In this document: positions 22,401 through 34,076 of the stretch, one piece after another
How the letters are laid out: each line of letters opens with the position of its first letter
Numbering within the stretch: position 1 is the stretch's first letter
Source: Fistulifera solaris
Taxonomy: Eukaryota
Assembly: GCA_030295235.1 (NCBI GenBank)
Contig: AP026148.1
Span: forward strand, 62,001 to 126,000
Reading direction: 5' to 3'
Length of the DNA: 64,000 nucleotides
Notes under the pieces: generated by a model
Database searches by the model: none
What the model saw: the letters and a program-made list of their open reading frames with translations, nothing else
What the model was told of the DNA's origin: nothing
Program-made: the position numbers and the translations under genes

Positions 22401-22977
22401 CCCTCTACGGTTGAACATCGAACAGCTAGCCTTACCGAGCGATTTCGAGGCAACAATCAATAAGCGTCTACACATCGCATTCACGGGACAAACAAGACTT
22501 GCAAAGAATATTCTTCAAGACGTTCTGCGACGTTGGTCAAAAAGAACGAAAGAGATTACAGAGACTGTTGAAAAGCTTGTTCTTGGTGCTGAAAGCGTGC
22601 AGGAGGCTTTTCTTGACGGAGATATCGAGACAGTGGCAGATTGTGTCAACGATTATTGGAATCTCAAGAAAGTGATGGCGGGGCCGGCAAGTGGTGTCGC
22701 CCCTCCTCAGGTGGAAAACGCCATCGACAAACTAATGGAAAAGGGATTGGTAGCTGCGGCTAGCCTTTGCGGTGCCGGTGGCGGGGGATTTTTGGTTGCT
22801 ATAAGTACAGAAGAAAATGTTACAAAGGATGAGCTAGATGCAGCTTCCATTAGCGAAAGTGGATGCAATTTCGTGTGGCACGAGTGCAAAATATGTTCAC
22901 AAGGTCTATCAGTCCAAGTACTTGAAAGCAACGAGCGGGGCTATTTCGATATCAAGTGGCACAAAATTGGACTGTGA
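19429..22977 (+). CDS. FKGP: Bifunctional L-fucokinase / fucose-1-phosphate guanylyltransferase-like protein (fucose salvage)
   Basis: 1182 aa ORF. N-terminal pyrophosphorylase-like motifs DPxxxRVGSGGGT, HAGGQSSR, GKAW, FLHLGT. C-terminal GHMP kinase motifs APARIDFAGGWSDT, LPHGSGMGTSS, EQHLSTGGGFQDQ, CGAGGGGF. Confidence 0.9.
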   Translation: MQESFPFDHVVITFPDTRAAEAARQGPFLHIRRKYPHTRLIATTDPHDARVGSGGGTLAALPVEGSTVLMLHAGGQSSRCPTQMVLGKAWTSLPTREHQLITPIEVWIQQCHDLFQGIPKGALVVVSSDTLLQLPHSIRPQWSSYEGVLGLAVPAPLHTAQNHGVFSLATHDNNHHYYNDDSEPYVASCQAIYQKPSLEVLETIAIRQHAWIDTGVIVFFPSVARSLRRLAQSTLAACTASGLETMWKRESSGESLMHFARRAALPVDLYTHFLQAFRLEEGSSLMSEKKRRYCEKYRADGISLGTLASIFDTLHRHTLRILAFPKGKFLHLGTTRELVEFYAMAHPPTRQKRRKEDRLQLCASFCEHLGLTHRLHALTILPEGSDSDSNTVNPSAIIYHSIIESTCEESCIGANTIIEHCSIETDHALRIGRNCLISGLRYSAKNSTGNGDIPFTVPDGTLIQVLPLRDNKGKTIQFVHMVLGIDDAIEHKRTLYGLAFERFLSWTFLSDEDVWPDEETESKQTLWTAELHPIVESGLSSASVFSWLFAYTQGKKTSELLDWEKISLSRWKSSRRLSLAQIRNMADASKEFSYRQNLIGRDLPNAKRLLISNIFDALMNRELSPLNLQSILNDFAANGKFDDVQRVLLVLIEVISRSLRNEAYDICGQACAVSSSFLSDFNLIASSCVQQLNEMLGQITWEGASFVDIARKVIDECDTIKSSKDSFNVLSLSIMLEQASFAMTRKCICDVASQWQLSTPTESILNQWVLATAPARIDFAGGWSDTAPICYHGSSVVGAAVTIGDNVLPLSCRCRIVSGGRGVYLCTEQRNLVSGALEACASQTLSRFHDLQDFRYPEASCALLKCALYTLGMMLPADHSEDLQFNMNVFQEALNSFCGSRESDVMLEIISTSLLPHGSGMGTSSILGGCVLAAILRCVGKGINDIRNYQHYLIEHVCRLEQHLSTGGGFQDQVNGLIGGVKIVRCEPDTFPLRLNIEQLALPSDFEATINKRLHIAFTGQTRLAKNILQDVLRRWSKRTKEITETVEKLVLGAESVQEAFLDGDIETVADCVNDYWNLKKVMAGPASGVAPPQVENAIDKLMEKGLVAAASLCGAGGGGFLVAISTEENVTKDELDAASISESGCNFVWHECKICSQGLSVQVLESNERGYFDIKWHKIGL

Positions 22978-23095
22978 AAGTCGATACTTAGTTTAAGCGC
23001 GTTGACACTTGTACAAACTAATCCAATCTAAACTAGGAAGCTCGATTTTTAGGTCGCGCACAGATGGTGAAAAAGCAATGACCATGCCGTAAGTA

Positions 23096-25542
23096 TCACG
23101 TGGCAAAGGGATTCGCTGTCGGTGGCGGCGGATCGTCTTTGAAAATGCTCATCCAAAGTCCAGAGTCTAGCAACGAGGCTTCGTGGGCACCGAAACCATC
23201 GTCATGACCAAACAAATCATCGCCGTGGATCGAATGTCTGGTTGTTCCATAATGGGGTGCTTCATGCGACGCAGAAGTGCTAGGATGGTGCGTATCGGCA
23301 AATGGATTTGTTGTCTGCATATAAACATCTCCAAACAAGCGAGAAAGCGGCGCTTGATGAACCGAATGGGCATGGGATGATACAGAGTCATACAACCGGT
23401 GCGACGATCCATAGACATCGGTATTTTGATTCAAACTCAATGCACTCCCTTGGGTTGTAAGTCCACCAAATCCGGGAGGAGGATTCACTACAGCAACTCG
23501 CAAATTAGACGACGCGAGAGGGTCCACGTGCTCTAATTGACGAAGTGGTGGCCGGGGAAGGTTACTTGGCTTTTCGATGACAGGGTCGGCATCGGAAGCA
23601 TCCATGGGCGCAATACGAGAGACTGATCCTTGCCCCTTTGCCCCAAGAGATACCAAGGAAGAAGTAATTCCGGACCATCGTCAGACGACTTGTGATAAAC
23701 CACAGGGGTATTCAAAGCTTCCATGGCAATGGGAGCAGCTTGATCATCGACTCCATTAGCAGTATTGTCGAATTCATCGTCATTACATAGTAGCATACCA
23801 TCATCAGACCCGCCTTCCCTATCGTTTGATTCGGTATGAATGTAAACATTACGCTCTGCGTCAAACTGAATCGGCCGCGCGAAAGCAGAATCTTGGTCAT
23901 CAGCCCATTTGCGTCCCAGAGCGAGTAGGCGAAGCACCTTGATGCGATTCTGGTCGGCATTATCGGCGTTCGACTGCACACTGGCACCACTAGTAAGTGT
24001 AGACGCTGACTCCTGGGCTTTGCCTTTCCCTTTTCGAAGCGAGCAAAGCTCTCTGATTGCATCCTCGTCCGAAAGGCGACCCCACGATGAAAGTTCAGGC
24101 GCAAACATAGCGAACGGAAGAAATCCACGCAGCTCTAAATATTCTTTCAGTAGAAGAGCAGTCTCAGTCATCGACTCTTGTCCGGAGTAAGACGAGGACT
24201 GCATTAGAATATGGTTCAGAACATCCACAATAGCTATCCAAAATTCCTTTTCAGCTTCCGTATGTAAAGTAACGAGATTGGGCCCCGGACAGTCATCATC
24301 GAAGCTCTTCCACTCAGGAATAGGTCGCGTGGAAACGTATTCAGCAACAATCATCATGGGAACCAAGCAGCGGTAGGACGAGTGGGTCTTCTTTTGCTCT
24401 TGACCCTTGTTTCCGAAGGCCCCCAAAACCCGCTGCACTAAAGCCGTCCCCAACCACAATGTGGACACACGACAGGCCCAGGCAGTTGCTTGCATCATTG
24501 CATGGCTATTCGCTACCGATCCAGAACGTGCTCGCTCGGCGAGTGTTTCGGAAAATGCGTGAATAGTGACCAATTTACACAACAGACTATCACCTAAGGC
24601 GGAGTTTTGGAGAAGTTTCGTGAAAAACGTACGGCAATCCTCCATGTGTTGTAGAATGCCAACTTCAGGAATCTCTTCGGGTAAAAAACCATTGAAGAAA
24701 ATGGAATGCAATTCGCAAAATTTGGCTAAGAAGTACTTGCTGCTGGCGGACTTGGGATTTGATGAAGCTGACAGCTGCTGCTGGGTTTCGTGCTGGTTAA
24801 GCCATTCCTGATTGCTTTCAAATAGTCGCGCTAAATTCTTCGCCGAAGTCATGAAGGGATCGGTCGTCACCGAGATACTGCGCGCATACCAGTAGAGAGT
24901 AATCAAGCACTGCCCTGTTGGATCTGCTTGCGATAGGACGACGGCCAGCTGATTCATGGCGTGTCCGATACCTGGTCCTAGTTGGATGGCCCGATAGTAG
25001 GCTTCTTGAGCTTTTCTGGTGTCCCCACAGTATCGATACAAATCACCAAGTTGTACGATCATCGATATCAAGCATTTCATGATCCCTGCCGGTGATTTCG
25101 ACGCACGTGGACGATCTGTATCATCATCGTCGGACTCTTCTTCTTCTGAAGCTTGCGTACCGGACACTGCAGGGTACGCTTTCATCAACTTGTCCTCCAA
25201 AGATTCTATCATGAATTTGTACAGACTGATTGCTTCTGACAAAGTCTTGACAAAAGCTTTTTCATCTGACTCAAAATCTTCTCCTCTGCGCTTTAATTTG
25301 TCTCGCGATGCACGGAGGGCCCGGATTCGATCGTAAAAACACAGACGCCACAAGCGATCGACAATACCATACTCACAGGCAAATCTCGGGTCTGTGAGAA
25401 TCAAATCGGTAAGATATTCACACACTTTTATACGAAGTTGCATTGCAGCTTTATCATTCGATTTTAGCTGTTTGAGGCGGGCCTCAAATTTGAGGGAATC
25501 GTCGTGCCGCTTTTCCAGGTATTCTTCCCGTGAGACCTTCAT
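23096..25542 (-). CDS. EST1/SMG5-7-like protein (14-3-3-like TPR domain; nonsense-mediated decay/telomere factor family)
   Basis: LWRLCFY, QLGDLYRY, AYYRAIQLGPGIGHAMNQLAVV, YWYARS and PFxTSAKNL match the EST1 DNA-binding/SMG7 domain. The C-terminal low-complexity region (PPPGFG) continues in the 23096-23656 frame after an apparent frameshift near 23660. The reading frame extends upstream of 25542, so a 5' exon may exist. Confidence 0.8.
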
Positions 25543-26651
25543 CGTTTTTGAAAGCTCCAGTACAGCTATCGAATCCTGGTGGCTCAGCTCCTTTCAGAAA
25601 GGTAATAAAAGCAATCGCTTGATGTTTGGATACGTAAGAAGTATCTAGGTTCATAAGCCGGCAAACAAGGAATTAAGATTCGAAGGCGTTTTCTGGAATA
25701 AAAAATGCGATGCGTTCAACTCTCCTTCCAAAAATTCTCCTTGTTGCTCTTCGATCCACTACCAAATGAAAATACAATTAGGTACGTCAAGCAAATCACT
25801 TAGAAGATGAAGCAAACAGCTTCCCAAGTGGAGCAATGTTAAAATTATTTTTATTTATCAGTTTTGAGCGCGATCGAAGCGAAAACAAGGGGAGAGAAAA
25901 CGGTCTTGCATCTACTCGTCCCCTTCGTCAATGATCAAAGCAACGTTTGAATGCAACGTCATGCAAAAATTATGTACTCCGAGTACATAAAAAATCACTC
26001 TAGTCACACCCGTTTTCCCCTCTTAAGGACACTGTAATGTACCAGGTACCAGGTACTTTGTGGTAAACGGCTGTCACGGACGGTGCGGGAAATTGTGTAC
26101 TTTCGCGTAGGCCCCTGTAGAGAAATGTACCAAGCAGAGGTGCGTTCCCGTGTCTCCCTCACCTGTCACTCATGGAGCTTACGGGTGGAGGACAAACCAG
26201 GACAAACTGAGAAAACAAATAACCTTAACGCTTGTAATGATAGATCTTCATCTGGAATGCGGAGAAGCTGAGTTTTGTCTTTTGTCGTTATAATCGGAGT
26301 TGCAGGTCGCAGTTGCCTATTGTCTGGTACTCGTATTGACACTGAGCATTAAGCAGTGAGTAGTTCTTATTTTTTAGTCATAAACAAATAATGAAAAGAG
26401 GTAAAAACTCCGCAAGCAAACAGCAAACAAGACAACACAACACAACACTTGCACACGATTACCCATCCGTACCAGGCATTCTAGATTCTGGAGGTTGAAA
26501 GTTGAAAGCTGGTTTTGCGGTCTCTCTTTCCGTGTTTTATCTTTTATCTGACGACTAGTCTCAAGGTAAAGAGAGAAGAGAGGCTAACCAATGAGGAATA
26601 ACCTAAAGAGCTTAAGCCATCATTTTACACTTCGTCACGCCTCAGCACACT

Positions 26652-27314
26652 ATGATCTATGATACTCAAAGCGAGGAAGAGTTTTTATGCGTACTACAAG
26701 CTGATTCTCGTTGGGCCTTAAAACTTTTCAATACTAAAGGCCCTAAGAGATTTCTCGATCTTCAACTTCCGAGTAGTATTCCGTATTCCGAGTGCGAGTC
26801 GTCTGCCGTTGTGAAAGTTGAACATCCATCCTCCATCCTTCCATTCCTCAGAATTGCTTGGCCTATGAAGTCAATTTCGCTTCGAGCTCATTCATCAACA
26901 AACTTACGAGGCCAACGGCAAACGGCAAACGGCAAAAAAAGTCCAACAATGAATCCAACGTTGAGAGAATATTCACGACCTTTCCCGATCGTTTTATCTG
27001 TCCATAATGATCGACAAATGAGTTCGCTCACACAATTTTCTGACTTGTCGTTATCGGAGGAGTTTGAGGAGGCTTTCGAGAACGATGGACGACAGGGCCG
27101 CTGCCGAAGTGCGTCGTCAGCGCCTTCGCAAGATAACATTTCCTCGCACCGAAATGTCTCACAAAAAGGCTCGTTGCCTAAGATTGTTGTAAAGCCAATG
27201 ATCGCCGACTCTTTGCAGGGAAAAAGCAATCCGAATTGGAAACCTATGGCATCGCTTGACATTCCACCTCTTCGAATCAATCGATCTATTTCTGTTGAGA
27301 ATTCTACGAACTAA
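26652..27314 (+). CDS. Hypothetical protein
   Basis: 220 aa ORF with an S-rich disordered C-terminal half ending LDIPPLRINRSIS. No domain recognised; start uncertain. Confidence 0.35.
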   Translation: MIYDTQSEEEFLCVLQADSRWALKLFNTKGPKRFLDLQLPSSIPYSECESSAVVKVEHPSSILPFLRIAWPMKSISLRAHSSTNLRGQRQTANGKKSPTMNPTLREYSRPFPIVLSVHNDRQMSSLTQFSDLSLSEEFEEAFENDGRQGRCRSASSAPSQDNISSHRNVSQKGSLPKIVVKPMIADSLQGKSNPNWKPMASLDIPPLRINRSISVENSTN

Positions 27315-28215
27315 AGACAGCAACTCCCTTCTCTAATAGCACAACCAGTATCCAATAAGAAGACAACCTTCACTTAAGTATTAAAAGTGCACTGCGCATG
27401 TCTATCTACGTAGTTTCGTTGGACTCGAGACTCATTTGAAACATGAGAAGTGCGACACAAAAGAGGTACGAGACAATCACCCGCACTCCGAATCGTATCC
27501 GCGTTCGCTTTCCACAGCAACTCGGAAGCACAAAGACACTGGGCTTGTCATATTCTCTAGCTAACGTCTTAGCTTCAGTCGGTCAAAATTCGCAAGTTTG
27601 TCGTTCGTTATAGCACGCTACCTGGTAGGGGAGTCGGTTGAAGGGCAAGGGAAAGGGAAACGACTTTCGGCAATCGAAATTGAAACGTGCCCTCACTGTC
27701 ATTCGTTCAGACATGGTTGACCGAGAATTACTTTCTAAATGTTAAATACCTGTTTCTGACTTATTGTAGTCAACCACGGCAAAGCTTGCACTTGTTCCGT
27801 TATAGTTCGATGGCGAATCTGTGCACGTTTGGAATTTTGGATGTACAGTGTACTTCGTCCAACGTTCATCGGGAGCGCGTCTCAATCGTAGAAATTCTAC
27901 GGAACGTGGTAGACAAAAGATCCGACAGAAATAAACGCTACTAAGTATAACAGAGCGCGTAGACGAACGATCGTGGGAAGTTGTCTCTTCTCTTCGTTCG
28001 CAAAACCAAAACTTGTGACAGCAGTTTGTTGATGATAATATTATAAAACAAAACGAGAAAAGAAATTTTACCAACTGATACGATTGTTACTTTGAAAGAA
28101 AAAAAGGGTAAGAATGAAGACACGGACAAATTAAAACAAGAAAATGTTCGCTATGAAATGAATTGCAGCTGCTAAGTCTCATGAAATCTTTTTCCGTCAT
28201 AACAGAACAACAACG

Positions 28216-30858
28216 ATGACTACTCGAGACATAGAGAAAGGAGGAAGTGATGCTCTTCCCGAGGGACCAACGACGGCTTCCAGAGCTAGCAACAAATCGT
28301 TTCCCCTTTGGAAGATCGCAGCTGCCATTCTCGCGGTTGGACTCGTTGTCTTTGCGATTGCCTTCCCCGTGGCTCGTTCTCGCGATGATGACAGAAACGA
28401 CAACACGAGCGGTATATCCGGTACGATTGACACCGGCAATGAAGAGAATTCTCCCTCGACCAGCCAAGCGCGCGAATACACCTCCACTGGAGGTCCTTTC
28501 AATGTAACGTTGGGTCTTTTCAGCAAAGAAATTGTTGGTGGATACAGTGATTCGGAGTCGTTGGAGAATGATTTATCAAATGTTGCAATGTTTCTTCTCA
28601 ATGGTCTTATCAAACGAAATACGGGACATATAGAAAGTGACAGCGGAACTGAAATGCCAGTGGGAAGTGAGGGAGGTCCCAAGGAGGAATTTGCCGAAGG
28701 AGCTCCTGTGGCAGCAGATGGAAGCGCTGGAGGTGATACCGCAGTCGGTGACTTGGACGACTTTGGTCAAAACAACCAAGAAGATGATGTGGAAGAAGGT
28801 GACATGATGGTCTCGAACGGTGCGGTCGGTACGTTCATTGTATCAAATTGAGAGCCGACTTGCTATTTGACTCTCACTTGTTGTTATTGTGCAGTGTTTG
28901 CCGCTAATGGTGGCGAGATTGTGGCCTGGGATGCAGCCTCCGGTACATTGTTGACACGTATTGAAATGCCGCCTATTGAAGTAGAAGACACGTCGGGCGC
29001 TGTTGCCGAACCAGCAGATGGCACAGTAACTTCAACAACGAAATCATCCATGATGCCAGGATACATGAGTTACACGCCATCGGTTCGTCATCTGCTGATT
29101 GAAGAAGGCAGATTGATGGTGATCGTTGAAGGCTACGGGCAAATGTTTCGCGATGAAATGATGAAAGCGGACGGCGGATCACCGGTCATGTATGACTATA
29201 AGGCCACCAACATTCGACTCTACGATATTGTTACACCGGAAGAAGGAGTTCTCAAGTTGCATAGCGAGAAGCACGTCAACGGCCGCTTCATGAGTGTTCG
29301 TTCTATCAATGGCAACGCCCATATTGTGACACACTCTGGACTAGATACCTACACGCACTTGATTGACCCGTACGAGAGTTACCAGTATCCCGACTTGACC
29401 ACGGAGGAGTACGTTGCCTTAGTGAAAGAGAAAGCTGGAGAAGAAGCCATTCCGAATTTCGTCTCTAGCCTGATGGCAGAATTAAAGGAACCGACTGGAA
29501 CGATGCCAAGTCTCTTTCGTCTTGCTATGATGCAGTCAGAAGCATCCGATAGCAATGTCGAAGAGCAAATCTTTTCAGATGGTGTGGTCAACTCTGTGGC
29601 GTTGGTCTATTCCTTCAACATGCTAGGAGAGGATCCGCTCAGTGAACTTGCCATAACGTCTTCGGGATCCTTCATGGACTCTTGGTACATTCGCGTGTAT
29701 TCTTCGGACACAACCATGATCTTGGCGGGTGATGGATGGGAATATGATGCCGAAACTGGCGGATCCACGACATCAACTCATCTTCTCGGTATCAATCTCA
29801 GTGGTGCTACCTCGAATCCTGGTTCAATCGGAACGGTCGAGGGATACTTTCTGAACTCCCATTCACTTGATGTCGTCGATAACGTTCTTCGCATTGCCAC
29901 CACGGTTCAGGACATGATGTTCATCGAGCCGATGCCCTTGGTCATTGAAGAATCGGAGAGCGGCAGTGACGGCAGTGCCCGACGCGCACAGAGCGAGGAA
30001 TCCAGCACCGAAAACTACATTATCAATCTTGACTTGACGGCCGCCGACGGAGAAATGAAAGAACTTGGCCGCGTTCAGCTGGGAAAGCCCAACGAAGTTT
30101 TCACATCCGTGCGTTTCTTTGACAATGTTGCTTACGCCGTCACCTTTGAGCACAAAGACCCGTTGTACGCCTTGGACTTGTCGGACCCGAGTAATCCGTC
30201 CATTCTTTCGGAACTAAATGTGACGGGTTTCTCAAGCTACTTGCATTCGTTGAATCCTCCGGAAAACACTTTGTTGCTCGGCATGGGACAGGAAGCCAAC
30301 GAAACGGGTACGATTGTGGGTTTTCAAATTTCCATCTTTGACTTGGCCGATACGAACGCACCGAAACTTCTTCAGCGTCACGTTGTGGAGAATGACGAGA
30401 ACACGTATTCTTCCAGTGCTTCCGAATGGGATTTTATGTCGACTCGTGTTGTCAATGGCCGTCTCATTATTCCTCTCGACATTGATAATTGGGAAGACGA
30501 GACCAAGGCTTTCCACGGCTTTGCTGTGTTTACTGTCAGTGAGAACGGCATTCAGGAAGAGTGCCGTATTGCTCATAAAGTTCAAACGATGATTTACCCC
30601 ATGGTAGACGTGGCGCCTGACAGCAGTGTCGCGGGTGACAGCGGAACAGGTGATGCGATCGAAGGCGATGTTATGCCGGGGATGTGCTTTTGTGGCAGTG
30701 AGCTTCCACGCCGTTCAATGATCTTTAACGGTGATTTGATGACAACGCAAGAATCGACTGTAAAATCGACTGACATGGATACTTGCGCTGGAGTTTGGGA
30801 ACTCGATGTCTCGAATGAAAATGCTACCAACACAAACTGCTGCGGATACATTGCTTGA
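28216..30858 (+). CDS. Membrane-anchored beta-propeller protein (Beta_propel/PF09826-like); one intron
   Basis: Exon 1 (28216-28828) has a single TM helix (IAAAILAVGLVVFAIAFPV) and NNQEDDVEEGDMMVSNG. A phase-1 GT-AG intron 28829-28894 joins the two ORFs in frame. Exon 2 has GTVEGYFLNSHSLD...LRIATT, LGKPNEVFTSVRF and YAVTFEHKDPLYALDLSDP...GFSSYLH. Confidence 0.85.
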
Positions 30859-31039
30859 GCACGGATTGCCTGACTTGAAACGTTTCCACCTTATATCTTC
30901 CATCCATCCAATGATCCATTCATCTTTTCTTCATTTCAATTTCATGTTACGTTACTAAATAGATTAAGCTGTATTCTAACTCAAAGTGTTATTCGATATG
31001 GTTTGTGTTGTTGTTGTTGTTGCGGTGCATTTATTCATG

Positions 31040-31340
31040 ACTGAAATGCAGTCTGTCCAGAAATTCTGGACCAGGTGAATTTCATTCAAACAGAAAATAT
31101 GCAGTGATCCAGAAATTCTAAACAAGTTGTATTTCATTCAAACAGAAAATCTGCACAGTTCCAGAAATTCTGGAGCAGGTAAATTTCATTCATACAGAAA
31201 ATCTGGGGTCGGTCCACAAATTCTGGACCAGTTGTATTTCATTCATACAGAAAATCGGGGATTGTCCAGAAAGTTTGGACCAGGTGTATATTATTCATAG
31301 AGATACTTGGGGATGGTCCAGAAATTCTGGACCAATTGCT
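31040..31340. repeat. ~52-bp tandem minisatellite with near-palindromic CCAGAAATTCTGG core, about 6 copies
   Basis: Repeating CCAGAAATTCTGGACCAG.TG.ATTTCATTCA.ACAGAAAAT...; lies between the convergent 3' ends of the beta-propeller gene and protease copy 1. Confidence 0.9.
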
Positions 31341-31520
31341 CTTGAGTCTATAGTCTATGGTAAGAATAGAGGCGATGATTTTGGCAACAGTTTCGCTGTG
31401 AATAATAGAGATAATTATCGCAATTGATCTGAAGATAACGACAGGCAACGAAGATAAGTGGTCCAAGAGCAGAGTAACGAGATTTGCAGCATGATTTGTT
31501 TAGACTCTTAAATACAAGAG

Positions 31521-33142
31521 CTAAGGTCTCGCTGCGTTCTGTCGCACGACGCGAATACACCCCTGGATGTTGAGGAACCAACAGAGAATTTGATTCCATG
31601 GATTTCCTCCGCTAGGACATGGACAATCATTATCCGCCACATGATCGATCGGCCGACAGCCTACTTGCGATTGCGTCCCTAAACCCGCCCATGTATACAC
31701 TGCATCAAACATATCTTTGCTCATGACAGGACCGACGTTGGCTCCACCAGACCCTCCGGCATGATTTCCCAATGCTATATTCTCTTTAGTTAACAATGCG
31801 CTTCCTGACATGCCTCCAGCAGTATCGCAGTAATATCGCAAGTAATGCGCACCATTCGAGCGAGCTACAAACAGAAAAGACAAGTGACGCGTCTGGTGAG
31901 TTGAAAAACTCACAGTTAGCATTGATCACGCAGCACCGCTTTCCCTTTCTCACCTGGTGGAGAGCATGGCCCAGAAGTCGTCATTTCACCGCGTCTAAAG
32001 TCGTACGGGTAGCCGGTGATGGTAATATCGGCTATTCGAGGGTCAGTGACACCGTTGCTCGAGCTGATGATACTATCGATTGCAACGTAGCCCACAATAT
32101 CTCCTGGCTTTCGGGGGGAGAGAAAAAAGGCTAGAATAAGACGAGGGCGAGGTCCAAAACAAGTTTTTGGGAATCAATGAAAAGGTACGTACGTAAACTT
32201 CATCACAGCCCAAATCCGGGCGATTGATTGGCTTGTAAGTGACCACAGCCATGTCAAAAAATCTGCTTTGCGTCTCTCTATACTCTCCGAAAGCCGTAGC
32301 ATAATCCACTTCCCACATTCCAAACGGTTCGAGATGTTGATTGGTTTCCGAGTCAAAGTATCGCCCAGGCGCAATCCGGGTAATAGGCATAGGTCTTCCT
32401 TCGTTGAAATTCCACACGCAGTGTGCCGCAGTTAAAGCAGAAGTCCGTGAAATCATAGTGGCAGTACAAGAATTGTTGCCCCACCTATAATCGCTGGCAC
32501 CGATGGCTCGAAAAGGGTAGAGAGTCGTATCGGGGACCGCTGAGCGTGTATCGTTCCCTATTATAATCAGGTTTCGGTTTTTGACAATAAACTCATATCC
32601 GTCCGCAAGACCTTTGTATAACATCGTCGGTCCCATTGTATCATTGAGTAGGAATAGCGCGACGCATATTCATAGCCGTCGCTGGTAATTCGTACATAAT
32701 GCCGATCGATGCCCATCTCATCCACTTCGTATTCGTCATCAAAAGCCGTCATATTCTCCAAATTCTCTATCTTTTTGGCGTATCGCGTGCGCTTTGTAAC
32801 GAATCGAAACTCTTCTTCCGCAAATCGGGTAATAGTGGCTTCATCGATGACTTCCGAGTTCATAACGAACGCCGATTCTTCCAAGAGACTGTCACACGGC
32901 CCCAAACTATCCAATTCGATGCCCTGAAAGCCGATGAGTTAGATAAATAGGTATGAAACGCAATCTTCTGTCAGTGCACCTACTTGACACCAGGCCAAAC
33001 ACTCATTCGCGTACGTTAATCCGTCAGATCCGCAGACGGCCGGACCCATGAGGGTCGCATCCAAGCTGCATCCAGCACTACAATTGTAGTCGGCACGAGC
33101 GAGCGTGAAGGAAGCGGCTAGTATTGACCAAGTTCGAATCAT
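31521..33142 (-). CDS. Kazal + glutamyl-endopeptidase-like serine protease, copy 1
   Basis: Signal peptide; Kazal CSAGCSLD...VCGSDGLTYANECLAWC; RNL|IIIGNDTR; triad LTAAHC / FDMAVV / CDTAGGMSG. Introns 32983-32924, 32192-32108, 31953-31865. One apparent frameshift near 32655. Confidence 0.88.
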
Positions 33143-34076
33143 GGATTTCGTGTGTGTGTTTGTGTGTGTGTGTTGATTATGAACCAGAGATTTATAAACG
33201 ATTGGATAAGGAAAATGAAGGAATACTTATTTCTTGTCTGTGTTTGTGAAAGAATGAAGACATTTTTTCATTATTTTTTGTTCTCGTGTCGTGTTTTGTC
33301 AAGAATTGGCGACTTTCACTTTTTAGTAAGCCCTCGATATTTTTAGCTAGGACGCATATGTCGCAGACTCTCACAAATCGCCAAAACGATGTCAATCTTG
33401 GGTCGATCACAAAAAATCGGCCAAGCAAGAAGACCAATAAAGAACCAATTCTGATGAGATAGCAATTCAACGATCCGTCATTGCATATCTCCACACGACC
33501 ATGGCGTTGTGGTTAGGGTTGTACCGTGGCTCCTGTGACTTGGAGCAGAGAGGAATGGCAAACGCTAGCTCGGAAGGTCTCTCCGACTTGCAAGCCTCAT
33601 GAGCGTGCCAATAATGTGGAAAGCGCCTGTTGTGAGGTTGGTTTTCTCAAATTATCTCAATTTTTTTTGTTAAGTAACACTTTTCGAAGTTTGGAAACGA
33701 TAAGGGACTGTACTATACAATTGAAAATGAGAGGATGAGGTTGATGTTCAAAGAAGAATTTTATAAAAGACGACGAGGAGTCCTTGACTTGTTGATTCTC
33801 ACGAACAAGCCATCTTGATTCAAAGGACACAGGCCGCTAGTCTTCGGTTGATTTTGCTATCAGTCCTAGAAGAAATGGACTTAATTCACTTCGACGTCGA
33901 CAATCAATGGAGAAAAGAGCCTTTTTAAGCGTCGAAAGAGCGTCCGTTTCTCTGGATAAGCATCTCGTAATAGGGACCAGGATGTTTTTGTTTCAGCACA
34001 TCGCATTCGGATGGTATAACTGCCGTGATGAGAGTCATTCTATTGACTCAAAACAACATTGCTTGCAATGAGACCG

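Noticed and set aside
31040..31340. CRISPR-like array (palindromic repeat with spacers); likewise 58430-59236 and 15936-16100
   Set aside because: The intervening sequences are homologous to each other rather than unique spacers, there are no cas genes, and the context is an intron-containing eukaryotic genome.
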